64,000 bases of DNA from Phoronis australis (lineage: Eukaryota > Animalia > Phoronida). Below are positions 50,501-63,317 of the stretch, in pieces. Numbering within the stretch: position 1 is the first letter of the stretch; each line of letters starts with the position of its first letter. The notes under the pieces were generated by a model that did not search any database, had not been told where the DNA came from, and saw nothing but the letters and a program-made list of their open reading frames with translations. The position numbers were made by a program, and so were the translations under genes. The DNA lies in contig NMRA01000244.1 in NCBI GenBank assembly GCA_002633005.1, positions 106,976-170,975 of the forward strand. Direction: 5' to 3'.

Positions 50501-53500
50501 AAAATTCGTCCGTCACTCTCAAACGTCACACCTTATTACCCAGTTTGTAACGCATCTGACAGTGTACATGTCATGTATATATTTCAATAAATCACTAGAA
50601 TAGACATTTTGGTTCTTCAGTGGTGGGCGGTCTTTCCCAAAGTCTTTGTGGTAATTCGTTTAATTAAAACATAGGTCACGCTAGTCGGTTTAGCAGACTT
50701 TGTAAGGAGCTTTCAAATTTGCTCCAGAGTTGACGAGGTTTACATAGCAGGATTTTATTTTAAAGAGCCGAATGCAAATCCACTGCTAACATCTAACCAT
50801 ACAAATGTTTTGGGAAAAACGGCACCTCAGTCGATCCACAGGCTACTTTGAAATGTTTCAGTTGAACAATTTTTACCACTGAGACGATCTGCTAATATAC
50901 CGCACAACAACCAATACTTAGCTGCAGCTATAAGAAATAAACATTCTCGCCAAATTGACGTTTGACGTCTCGTGAGATCATAACAGCCATATTTTTTTCA
51001 AATCACGAAATTAAATGAAATTAAAAGGTCGATCACCAGATCGTATTGTTCGACCACAAAATATGATTCTGAAAAACTTAGCAACTCGCACATACGAATA
51101 GGTAGAGATTGCCATTGCCGCCATCTAGTGCCAAGGTCAAAGAACACGTGCGTAACCAAACACGTCAAACCCAGACTGGGCGACAAAAGGATATATTGAG
51201 TGGACTCTTTAGGTTCGTTGGAGACAGTCATGTTGCCACATCCATCAGTGCACTCTACGTCCAGTTGTAGTAGATAGAGGTTGGTATTAGGAACGTTGTT
51301 TATCGTGTATGTCCTAGGACAGGGAGGTAAATAAGGAAAGACTCAGTTAGACATACTGACGTGCAAGGTAAACCAACGTCAGTTCACACAGTAGCGCCAC
51401 CGTAAGTCTTACTCGCAAACTAATGATACCACTAGACTCCCACCTTACGCAGTCGTGATTGACGTGGGCGAAAATGCAGCCAATGAACATGGCTTACGTG
51501 TTTCCCCTTTGATATGCAGTACCATGATAGGTTTGTGGCATTTATGAGCTAAGGTAACTGTTCGGGTGTACACTTAAAATTATGACGTATCTCATTAACC
51601 CAAAAAATATAAAACAGCTTATTAAAATGACTTATTCTTATTAAAATGGCATAGGCAAAAAATTGTCGTGCTTAAGGTGATAGAGTGACGTCATCGTTGG
51701 CTTACGTTATAAATGAAGCTTTTGGAGAAAATGCACACATTTGAGCAAGCTACAAGAGTGCTAATGGAAACTAAGTATATTTGTCACAAGCAATACGGCA
51801 ACAACACCGACTTTTATAATCACATGATCGCTAACATTAACAAATCCATTTGATAACAATGACACCTGTTCCTTGTGACAAGAATTAAAAATGGACGCAC
51901 AAGGAACTATGTTCGGTATTACTGGTAGCTCCTCTCGCAGCCAATGAAACTAATCTTACGTCTAAAACGTGTACTTTACCGTTGGATTACCTTACAATAG
52001 GGTATCAGTTCAGAACAGCAGATCATGTGATTATAAATTTTTATTAAAGGCACATATTCTGGCATTTCGTAAAGCAATTTAAGTAGACAATTTTGGCAAC
52101 GTCTTGGACGTCCCTAAATCTTTCGGAACACAAAATCTACTTTCGACGTCAGGAAGAAAGACATTTTGGAAACATGAGGACAGGAAAACTTGAGATTGGT
52201 TTTAATGAGACGACAAGACCTGCCAAGAATGTTCTATTGTGAAAAGTACATATTAGATACTTATCTTTAACAGATTCGCACGAGACCGAGCAACCACTAG
52301 AACCGTCACAGTTATTATTGCTATGTAGAAGAAGAAAAAACAGTCATGCAGTCTTCTTACAATAGTCAACAAGCAAAGGTTAAATGTTCGTGATCTAGAA
52401 TGCATTCACTGTGCATACTTCTTTATTGCAAAAACAGGGGTGGTAATAAAACCCTTTCCGCGAACCGCAGAACACTTACCACTTAGGTGGAACGCTTACT
52501 ACGGATGCGGAACCCTGTCCACTCTTTCCAAAACAGCATGCACCGCAAAAACGAAAGCTGAACTACAACCACACACCTGTTCACGCACCACCGCCGAAAA
52601 AAATTTATTTGTGTAGTAAGGGACTCGGTGGTCCGCTCTCGTGGTGACAGGGGTCCGCTCCATGGTAAGTACATAATACTCCCTGAATAACAAAATCCTG
52701 ATCTTGCAGACGCCACAAAAATTTGATGTCACACTACGCGTTTTCAATCTTTGCATATCCGTAAATTGATACCACGCCCTATGATTTCTATGTGCTTCAA
52801 AACTATTTGGCCGTATCACGGTCTTTCCTTGAGGACAGTCAAATGGCTTCTATGAAAAGTCGGGTCTCAAGGAGCAACTGAAAATTTTCGTGGTAACCTG
52901 CCATGCCAGCAGTCATTCTGCAAATAATAGGAAAATAAACACTCCGTGCAGAAGATAATCACAAAGCACAGGCAAAATTCCTTAAAATCTCGAAAGAAAA
53001 GTCAATGTAACATAATAAAAATGACGAATACAACAATATTCACAATACAGTAATAAAGTGTTCAAGAGTGACTCTGACGTCACAAATGCAGTCATTCCTA
53101 CTGGTTGAAAGTTGGAAAATCAGGCACTCTCTTTTCACCAAAGGTAGCTCAAAAAGGACAACGATAAATTATTCCAGTGGATTCCGCGTTGGCTTTTGTG
53201 AGTATACATGATCACGCACAGAACAAAGCGTCAAGTGCAGCATAAGAACTCGATTCAACAGACTTTTTCTTCAGCCTACATCACGTACCCTCGACGTATC
53301 CTTTCCTCACTGAAAGTCCGATAGAAAGCAGAATTACTATGGTAAATTCCCGGTGTCGACAAGTGTAGAAACGGAACTGTATTGGAATGTATGTGTTTGG
53401 TTCGCAGTGACAACTTCCGTCACTACCCCGAAATAATCTACACAAACAGCGTCATCTAGAGGAGTAGCACTGTAAACTGTTGATGACTCGGGCATCTCAC

Positions 53501-56500
53501 TGTTTAACAGAACGGAGTAACAGTCCATTGAAAGATGGAAAATCCCTTTCGAGTAACTGACGTCGGTCACAAATGTCACAAATAGTGAACGACTGAACCA
53601 ACCAGAGGCACGCCGGGATAGTCAATCAGCCGGCTTTTGTGTTTCGTGTTTCACCTCGGATCCGTTATTGTTATTTGATTTCGTGACATTGTAAAGGTCT
53701 TCCCTTACGACATGGTGACAGTCACTACTAATTTGAGACTGGCGCAGTACGCAAAAAACATTTTTAAAACTATTTTTCTCATCAATTCAAAAGACATCTA
53801 AGTTTTTGTCATACTTCTTCACCTTCCGCATACGCATGCGTAAACAAATAAACTATTACATTGGCCAATATAAATATCAAGCTTTTGGATGGGAAAAGTT
53901 GCTCTTTAGAAATCTCGTGCTAGCAGGCTATTTTTGCATTTATGTTTTATCTAAATAAACAGCGGACTAATTATAAATTTCAGGAATTGGCAATAACTTT
54001 AATAAAGATACCCCATAAGAGCGGTAGTAAAAAATTCACCAAGGAGTTACAGCAGTAGTTGGATGCAGTTTACCCACAACGACCGCCATGATTTCATGAC
54101 AGGGTCACAATACCTGCAGTAAGGAATTATCTTAACATTTTGTCTGGGAATGACATCAGCAGTTATTGCGGTATTTCATACAGAGCTAGGTCACGTGACT
54201 GAGTGGGTGGAATGCGCTTTTGAAACTATGTTGGAGTTTAACAACGTAGACACAAAGTTGAAAGGGTTCATGGGGTATATGATGAGGTTATTCTCTGGGT
54301 TGTGTTAACTATAATGTTTGTATTGGTGCCTTGTCTTAGATTTTAGGGGGTATCAGGAGTTGCCGGCTTCACCAGAAATTCGCAATTTATATCCTTCTTC
54401 ACATTCTCAAAGTTTTGTGGATCTCTGGGACAATAAATAGCCGTAGATCCTAGAAACATAACTCGAACAAACGTCCAGTGAAAACAATACAGACCACAGT
54501 CACATTGCAGGGGGTGTTAAAACAACTGAAGTGCAGTAATTCAATTTCCGGTGTCGCATAATCGGATGACAAACAAAAATGTGCGGATTGGAAATATCTA
54601 CATTTGACGAGAGATTTCAGGAAGACAGCAACTGCTAAGTGGGAAAATGACGTGACATAAGGGAGACCAGGAGCACGAAGGCGTAGAGCCCAGTAAAACG
54701 AGGTACGAAGTCCATTGTAGTGGGGCGCGAAGCCCAGAGCAACCCACGTAGATTGGTGTAACAGGGAAAGAAGTCCAATGTGGCGACGCACGTATTTCAG
54801 CAAAATTAAGTCCGGTATAATGAGGAGTGATATCCAGGATATCAAGAAACGAAACCCAGCACGAAGAAGCTCTTTGACAAGTGAAGGATAGAAAGCATGT
54901 GAATTGAATATAAGAACGCGATGATACTCACCCACGTCTGTTTGAGCAACCTACACATTTTTTTAATGAAATTCTTTTTTTAGCGTAATAAAGGCGCATC
55001 TTTTTAACACAAGACACTTCGTTGACAACCCTGGGTTCACTGGCACAAAAGGTACGTCTAAATTCGGCTTTTTCTTCATCAGTGGCATTTGCTAGGTAAT
55101 CTCGCAGTTCTTGGAACTTTGCTATGTCTTGCACATTTTCGCCTTCCAGTTGGTTTTCGTTAACTATGTCATACACCATGCCAGGACAATCTAGAGAATT
55201 ATCGGCTCCCGTATGATCACTGTGTTTATAAGTTCCTATAAGCAGACACATAGTAGTGGAAAACAAAACTCATAAACCAAGATAGTGCTGGACCCAATAA
55301 CCCACAATAAGTATGTGAACACGGGGTGAAAAGGAACGCAACTAAAAAAGAATATATACTTGTGATTTCACATTGCATTCTCACCGGAAGTAAGTGGATG
55401 AGCATGTCTTTTAAGGGTTAATAATGTAGTTTTGATGTGATGAGCCAAAGAACTTCTTGTCTCCGCTGAAAACTGGATTTTCAAGAACAAGTTTTTCCAA
55501 CTGTTGAACACTGGTCGACTAGTTTCTCATAATAGGCCACTCAACCAATCGACAATGTGCAACCACCAAGACGAACAAGACATACGGCAGCAGGTGAACG
55601 AGAATAGAACTAAAGCCAGTGAAACACGACAAAGCATAAGAAATCTAAACAATAGCGACCACAGGCTATGTGGAGCAGGTTTACGACATTCATAGATAGG
55701 ATAAAGTGATGGCGATAGGTTTCGTCTGCACCTTCATAGGTAGCGCGGTGCACACTGCATCAGAGCATGCAGAGTAGAGGTGACCGGGGCACTTACTTTT
55801 GGCACTTCTTACAGTGAGTCATTGTGGAGAAGATGGGTTTGTCTCCATGGATAACCTTCTGGTCGACTACATACACATAACTCACGTTTGTGCATTTATA
55901 GGTCTTACTGGAGCCGGCGGAAGCTACAATCAGGGCAGAAGACTATTCACACACAACAAATGACTGCCTGGAAACAGTTACTAAGCAGTACGAGGCATGA
56001 CCAGCTAAACAAACACATAAATTTATGGATTTCTCAAAATTAATCGCAACAACCGTGCGATCGCATCGGAGCTATCTCTATCAAAGGTGTCAATAGCCTG
56101 ATAATAAATCACAAATGTTATGCAGGAGACGACACTTCTACGCAGTCAGCGTGCACATGCTTTCCTGGCGACTCATTCATGCAAAGGGGTACTTGCAACG
56201 AAGCAATGAGGAATGAACAAGAGACCGACCGAGGAGTGGTATTACATACAGCTAATTAGGTGGAAAGAACATTTTGAACGCCATTTTAGGCTTTCGAAAG
56301 GATAGTACCCGCAGCTGATTCACACTATGTCTTTAAATGTATATTGAGCGATGTTTAAGTAGCATGACTATTACCTCTGGACATGCCATTTCACACAAGG
56401 GCAACTCTTCCGTAAAATTACAGTGTGGTGTAAATAGAGGTCAGAGGTACTACAGTTATTTTTGGATTAATAACCCGCTTCAGTCTTATTTCACTTTACT

Positions 56501-59500
56501 ATAAAATTGTCCAGTATAACTTTAAAATAAAACAATAGCATATAACTCTCGCCATAGGCCTACGTCAAAACTTTGATGTCAATTTGAACATTAATCGACA
56601 ATCGTTGCTAAGCGATTTTGGTGAGCAAAAAAGTATTTGTTGGGTCGGAAAATTCGCCTGCATCGAAACACGAGGCCCACTCTGTCAAGCAATGAGAAAG
56701 TAGAATAGCTGAAAATGTTTTTTATTTCTCTGGTGACTCACGAACTAACTGTGGAATTACAAGAGCACTCAACAAAGTCAACAAAACGAGGTTTAGCATC
56801 CTTTTAAAGAAACAAACGTGTATGGCAGACTGTACCGTCATACTTTAGATGGGGGCTCAAGGATTGGTCCGTCTCTTGATCACCACCATTGCTTAGTGGA
56901 AGTCTTCCATCATTTTCAGTCATTGTATCACCAGAAATATCACAACACGTGCATGCAGTTTTAGTACAGTTATGCATATAAACAACATCATTTCCATGAT
57001 GCGGACAAAGCGAAAAATACGTGATACATATGTGAGAATGGTTATCTTACGATGAAGAACATAAAACTACTGAATGCCGTGTTGTTCTTTTGAGAATGTG
57101 TGATTAGCATTAGATTCACCAGAAATATCCAACATGGCCGCATATGTCGACATTTCCATTGCTGCCTCGGGAAGTCGTTTTCGTAACTGGTATTTGGAGC
57201 TCTTTTGAGTGCTTGACAACAATTGTTCTTATAACACCCGGTCTGTTTTATAAGTACGCGTGTCTTCGACTTGTCCTGACTTAAATGTTCAAAAACACCA
57301 GTCAAAGTTTCCTGGCAGGTCTATCGAGGTCATTTGCCACGTAAAGCCTGACTACACCCACAGGCGTTCTCAGCTTCTGTTCGTCCCCAATACACTATAT
57401 ACAATACTATAAGGTATGACACTCCCGACCTGAAATTCCACGGGTGCTTCACTCCAGCCGTTCATATCAAACAAACTTGTTACATTTACAGAAAACAAGG
57501 TTTCAACAAACCATTAGCAACTGTTCTTTCTTCCAATACCATGTCATTGAAATGTAGTGTACGAACCACAGTGTGGTGTACGTACCCCCATGTGAATAAA
57601 TACCATGGAACAAAAATATTACACGGTAAGTAAGCATCACTTGTCACAGACAGCTTCCTCAATTAAAAATGCTAGGTTAAAAGGGTGTTAATTACAAATA
57701 CAATTGTTTTGAGTCAAATATTAGCATTTGTGTAGTGTACGTACCCCCATATTTTAACATGTGTCTGTTTTCAAAGAATGACAGACAGATATTATGCACA
57801 TGACTGCATGCTGTACTTTTTATTTGTTCTATTTGAATATTGGTAAATGAACTAACTCTCAGTAGATTTTAATTATTTTTATAAACCTGAAAAGTCACTG
57901 AAATGTAGTGTACGTACAACTGCATAGTGTACGCACCTTCAACCTCTGTGCTATAAAGTATTGCCCACCAGAATTTTTACTCTGCGCGTGCAAGCGCAGA
58001 GTACTATTGTTCCTGGGTTTTTTTCATTTTCATTCTTCTTATTCTTATTCTTCTTCCGACCAACTTTTTACATACTGCTGTTCTCATGAACAATACTGAT
58101 ATTTCCAAAATGAATACAGTCTGACAAAAAAACAATGGACATTATCAACTTTGTGGAGAATAAAATGCCACACAGGACTTGGCTAGTAGTGAAAATCCTA
58201 GAAGACACGTCTTGTGACAACTGATGTTGCAGAGGCAGGTTCTCTATCTCCCAAGACAACTTTAACTTGCAAGAAACCAACAAGTAGAGGCATCACAAAA
58301 TTCGAGACCATTCCATACATTTGTAAATTTGACGTTGATTGACTGTGCGTAGTGTACGTACCTCCCAACCAGTACCATTTTTTACTGTTTACAAGTTGAA
58401 CACTGGGCCTAGCATTGCTTTAACTATTTTAACCAACTGGTGAATTTATTGAAAACTAGGCAATTAGCACCAATAAAGTTTTTGAAAAAAGTAGTTACTT
58501 GTCATTTTCTTTTTGTAAGAATCATATTGCTCATTATACTGTTTTAAGATAAGCAATGTAATGATCATCTAGAACAACTTGATCAGCACGGTAATAACTT
58601 TTCTTACTTTAGTATGTGATGCATCTTCAATTTGATCGAGAACTTATTAAATTAACAGTTAGCTTATGAATTTCTGCATGATAGAAGTGGGCTGTGATCA
58701 CATACAGATGTGATGCATTAGGCCATGAAATTTTATTCGGTGGTTCTTGTGCAAAAATATTTTAGATTACAAACTTGGAATGATGGTACTTTGTAATAAC
58801 CCAGATTTTACAGTTATATGACAACCTTCCTTTTTCACCAAAAGTGGTCACCGAATATGGGACTTGTTTGGGATTTGCCCGATAGTGTATTGGGGACGAT
58901 CAGAGCCTGAGGACGCCTGTGACTACACCGATACGACTTTGTAATCGACTACCGCATACGACTAATCCGAGCGTTCGTGTAGAGAGGGCTAAGCATGTAA
59001 AGCCCGCACACATATCGTTGGCCAATTACGACAAAAGTCTGAGTTATATACTGTGATAATAACCTTATCATGGCAGTAATAAATAATTATTACATTAATA
59101 AGTCAGCCGATCAGAAGCCATATATAACGATAGAAATATTTATAACAGTAATACACCTGTAAATACTTATGTTCGAAGTATGTCCCGAAAATAATAGGTG
59201 CGTCGCAAGCTCCGTTTCCAGAGAGCGGGAATTGAACCTGCCGTGGTCGTGGAAGCGTTGAAAATTTTGACCGATAACACGAGAGACGGAGAGGAAAGTG
59301 GCAAGAATATGCTCGGCGAGAGATAAGAGGGGAAGGGCCATTTGGAAGGGATGAGGTGACAGGACGCGAGTTCGTTACTGCCAATTTGGAGGAAAACGAA
59401 GCGGAGGGAAATGGAGGAGACGCGGGGGAGGAGATTGTAAATGGATCGGGGTCGGTGGCACCCGAGAGACCCAAGAAGTGGGTCTGGACAAGACGGGGAT

Positions 59501-62500
59501 CGAAACCGAGGTTAAATAGGTCAAACGTTGCTAAAGCGAAGTACTGATGGCAGGAAATATAACATTACTGAGAACAAAGGGGACCTATGACATGTGACAA
59601 TCAACAGCCTATGGGAGCCAGCAGCTGACCAAACTCGTGGCACATGACACAAACGAACAAATAGTGAGGCTGGAAATGGAATGTCCTAGTGCCTCGTGTG
59701 CAGAAGGACCGCATGCGAATTTACACAAAGGATTAATGGACCAGTCCGAAAGATGGGGGTACAAGTGGGACGAGTCCATATTCTCACATTTTTTATTTAA
59801 CGAGTGAAATATCATTTATTACTTGATAAATAGGGTCGTCCTGGATTACACACACACTCGAACCCCGCTGTATTTACCCACAATGCCGTAAACATCCGTC
59901 AGACACATTTGCTGCCATTGGAGTTTTACATGTTATTTCTGTTTTTGTCTGATTCTTTACAAGTTTTCCTCGGTTGCATCACTCTATTCGTCCCTTCAGT
60001 GCCAATATTAAGTATTACTGCTGTGCTGTGGGCTGCAACTCCGACGTGAGAAAGTTTGATAAACTAGACAAATACTCGTGGATGCCTTTCCGACATCAAC
60101 GAGATATGCGAAAATGCGCCTGATTTATGAAACAAGGTTACGCACTTTCTTATCTCTGGGACAAAGGAAAGTTGCATGGCCGTATAATCCGGGACGGCCC
60201 TATTAGCCAATGAAAGTCACCGATTTTGATATGAGGCAATTATTCAAACTATGTTTAACATCTTTCTCTCCATAAACTGTGAACAACCTACTAATCAGGG
60301 ACGGATCCAAGATTTTGAGTTTGGGGGCAGGGCAGAGTATTAGCCAGGATTTTGCCCGTCAGACATTCGCACCCCCGAACTGACAAATGGAATCGGGGAA
60401 AATTTTAGGGGGACCATGGCCCCCTTGCCCACCCCCCTTAAATCCGCCACTACTCATAGTCCCATTACCATCTCTCTTGAAGATTAAAAAACGAGCATTA
60501 TGCGCAAGACGCGCTATTTTCTGTCCGAGGCACATGGCAATTTAATTGCGAGTTTCAGAACCTACCATTGGCTGGTTCAAGATAATTTAATTGTCGTGAT
60601 TATTTATTACTGTTATAATTATTCATTACTGTCGTAATTTTTGTGACTGTCATTATTTCTGACTTCTGCCTGGCTGATTTATTAACATGGTAAATAACTT
60701 AGATATGTTGAATGGTTAGTCGACCCAGCGTTGTCAGAGTGGCACTTTTCGACCTATCAATTGACCTACAGTGTATCGCCAAGATTTTGAGTGACGGCTT
60801 ACTGACAAATCAGAACGCATCATTCTTGACACACCTTCGTTTCCAAGCCGCCATTTTACCAGACAAACAACACTTTGCGGGGTAAAACTTATTGTTTTTT
60901 TGTCGGTCGACTTTTGGCAAGGGGCAGAACTTGCGATAGGTCAATTAATTGACTGCGCGGTCTAGCAACCAAAATTTGGGAAGTAAACTAATTTTTGTAC
61001 AGTCTCTTGTGCACGGTATTAGTACGATAACACACGTAAGTGTTGGCTTACGTAGTAAATGTCTCGAGATCGCTTTCTGCAGTTGTAAGTCAGCAACTCT
61101 TCAATGAGTGAAAACAATTTTAAGTTATCAACTGCGACCTCTGACGGACGAAGGTACGCAGGAGAAAGCTGATTGATGAATCTGTCGGCATGTGTAATTA
61201 AACCGGAAAAATGGAAGAAACACCCAGCCGAGTAAATTTACAATTAATCAGCAAAGAATATCCGACCAGCCAGCCGATGGAAATATCAACCGTATAATCA
61301 GTGATGGTGAGTACATGCAAACAATGCTTCTCATGCTCTACAGTTCTCATCCGCCTTCTGTCTACGTCTGCTAATGTTCTTAAACTCTCACTATTAGAAC
61401 AGTTGCAATAATTCTTAAAAACTGCATGTATCAATCTCAAAGAATCAGAAACGAAACAACGTGCAAGACATCACATTACGTATTCAATCAAATCTACTCA
61501 TTCTGTCGCGTTTGAACACATTAAACACTCTGAGGCAAATGATACAAGATATAAAAAACATGCTGTATAAGAAACTTCTACAATTTGTCTCACGAGAAGA
61601 CTTCAACGAGATGTATAATACTTCTGAACGACTTAATATTCCACGTAACGACACATATAGCATTGGCCGACTTCACGTGTTGTTAGTACCGGCAAAGGAG
61701 ACGGACATAGTGCTCTGCTGTCCATGTACTCACCCATAGTTTGGTGGCTCCCGCTCCACAGGCTATAAACACTGAAGTGGATTAAAAATCTGAAAGTACA
61801 CATACACGTCTGAATAACAAGTTAAGAAGCACTACAATTATTATCAGCAATAAGTGTTCTGTCTTGTATTAATATTTATTTATTATGAAATGTGGAATAA
61901 TTATTTATTGTACTTACAGCGCTAGTTCCTGGACTCCCCAGAGGAGGGCCTTCATGAAGCTGGTGATGGGCTGAAGTGAGGAGCACGGAGATTAATACAA
62001 CGAAATGAAATACGAACCAACTACACCTAAAATAGTCCTGAGTTTTCTAAAAACACTAGTCGCATAGAACTGTTAATGCTGAATAGGTGGAGAATAGTTT
62101 ATCATTTTTCTTTAGATTTGTAAGCTTTTGCATGTAGATGTTCCATTTTGGTTTGCAATTTTATAGGCCTGCGATGAGGTATTGTTTGACTGGTGAGCTG
62201 TAATTGGGTGATCCTTGAGACTGCGGCATTATGACTCATCCAACCACAAGTCCTGCACAAAACCGCCGGCTATTCAATTCTCAGCGCAAAAACAGGATCG
62301 TCTGAGGTCTGGAAATATTAAATCAAATACCATTTCTTCGCAGGACTACTTTTGTAGAGTACTGCAAAATTTGTAATGGTTTAATGCTGTTTTGTGTGTT
62401 TACAGTTATGAGGTTAGCTTCAATACGACTTTTTTCTAAAATGCAAAATGCTGAGATCTGAATCACAAAATCTGGAAATTCGCTGGTTCTCTGTGGATTA

Positions 62501-62608
62501 TATATAGTTTAATTAGAAGTTGAGCTACTCACATTAAGTAAGTAGGTGGCAGCACTTGTGGCAGTATCCACAAACTGACAGACAGCCTGGAAATCGAACA
62601 GTTGCACA
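47573..62608 (-). CDS. CACNA2D: Voltage-gated calcium channel alpha2delta subunit (CACNA2D3/4-like), 3' part; exons 62533-62608, 61918-61970, 61734-61789, 55797-55923, 51195-51313, 49457-49548, 47573-47680; earlier exons not identified and probably beyond the window
   Basis: VQLFDFQAVCQFVDTATSAATYLLN|PITSFMKALLWGVQELAL|FLIHFSVYSLWSGSHQTM|ASAGSSKTYKCTNVSYVYVV..THCKKCQK|TYTINNVPNTNLYLLQLDVECTDGCGNMTVSNEPKESTQ|SRDPDDDGCEYYKATAYRRRPSNHCYNTDVR|ESNGTAKMCGRSRASAGTATGYSLILTMIMMIARL*. This matches the alpha2delta C-terminal motifs (YDYQAxC, NTNL, RRRPxxC, CG plus hydrophobic GPI-type tail), and all phases are compatible. Confidence 0.9.
48237..48844. mobile_element. MITE/foldback element with TIRs of about 35 bp and TTACGCTCGTAA subterminal repeats
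   Basis: TATGGTGGGCGGTTGAGGGGAAAGTGTCGCC vs the reverse complement of GGCGACACTTTCCCCCCAACGGCCCATCATA, with many TTACGCTCGTAA/TTACGAGCGTAA units in both orientations. Confidence 0.85.
49549..51194 (-). other. U12-type (minor spliceosome) AT-AC intron
   Basis: 5' site ATATCCTTTT at 51194-51185, branch site TCCTTAAC at 49566-49559, and 3' end TTAC at 49549. Removing it keeps the frame (T|CT = Ser). Confidence 0.92.
50100..50480 (+). mobile_element. LINE ORF2 3' end (C-terminal CCHC-like region)
   Basis: LENYL..FLTRWRCSNHSLLVERGRHTNIPYENRLRELCNSGCVED..HVALVCSPYKDL. Confidence 0.8.
54932..55235 (-). CDS. Putative alternative (mutually exclusive) alpha2delta exon
   Basis: Acceptor tgcttatag, donor GG|gtgagt, 304 nt open, and phase 1 to 2 like exon 55797-55923. 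It ends in SCVKKMRLYY..KKCVGCSNRR, echoing the C...CxxC pattern of that exon. Confidence 0.55.
57975..58100. mobile_element. Helentron-associated (HINE/DINE-like) element end
   Basis: Hairpin TACTCTGCGC-gtgcaa-GCGCAGAGTA next to a T tract, followed by a TTCTTCTTATTCTTATTC microsatellite. Confidence 0.5.
60296..60452. mobile_element. MITE, sibling of 39558-39718
   Basis: Colinear similarity, ending TAAATCCGCCACT. Confidence 0.75.
60759..60950. mobile_element. MITE of about 190 bp, inverted relative to the copy at 63137-63317
   Basis: Ends AATTGACCTA.. / ..GCGATAGGTCAATT. The body is the reverse complement of 63137-63317 (CATCATTCTTGACACACCTTCGTTTCCAAG vs CTTGGAAACGAAGGTGTGTCAAGAATGATG). Confidence 0.8.
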
Positions 62609-63136
62609 CTGAAACAAGCAATAACGGCGAGTTATAATTCACAAATCTCGTGAAACCGGTTACACTTTTAAGTGAGCTACAATATACACCAAACAACCAC
62701 ACCATCTTCACTGACACCAGCGCGACCTTGACCTATGTCTTCATCTTTTGGCTATGACTTAAGCATTCAGTAAAAAAATAACTTTCGATTGAAACACAGT
62801 GCAATTATAAAACCGATCTTTCAAAACTCGTTAGGCACTCAAATGAGATATGATTCGTGAATTTGGAAAGAAAATGCTGCTTCTGAAAAAATGCAGGCTC
62901 AAAGAGTGGGCTTGTTATGGCGATTCATTACATACGCTGCGCATGCGCTCATTACTAAGGAAGTGTCATTTCTTTACATGCTCATAGACAACTTCTTGCC
63001 TGAGAAAAGAACAAGTTGTCACCAGTTGAATAGCAGTAACGTGTTCGTTTCTTGAGCCCAGGTTTATAGCAGTGTTTACTTCCATAGAACAATTACTGTC
63101 TTAACACAACAGGTATGAAATAGGCTGGCATACCAG

Positions 63137-63317
63137 ACAATTAACCTATCGCAAGCTCGGCCCCCTTGCGTAAAGTCGACAAACAAACAATAAGTTTTAC
63201 CCGGCAACGTGTTGCTAATCGGGTAAAATGGCGCCTTGGAAACGAAGGTGTGTCAAGAATGATGCGCTCTGGCTGGTCAGTTAAGCCGTCACTCAAAGTC
63301 TTGGCGATAGGTCAATT
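63137..63317. mobile_element. MITE of about 180 bp, inverted copy of 60759-60950
   Basis: AATTAACCTATCGCAAG...CTTGGCGATAGGTCAATT termini and shared body. Confidence 0.8.

Noticed and set aside
53337-53579. ORF GIFHLSMDCY.. as another alpha2delta exon
   Set aside because: Weak acceptor, no phase-2 entry, no conserved NTNL/Cys pattern, and it ends in a stop.
57190-57330. TCQETL..GCYKNNCC as a further duplicated alpha2delta exon
   Set aside because: Only Cys spacing is suggestive, and I found no convincing phase-compatible splice sites.
57545-58370. Scattered GTAGTGTACGTAC motifs as a regulatory or CRISPR-like array
   Set aside because: Spacing is irregular, and they are most likely subterminal repeats of a decayed DNA transposon.
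61198-61440. Cys-containing ORF as an alternative alpha2delta exon
   Set aside because: No suitable phase-2 donor and weak similarity.
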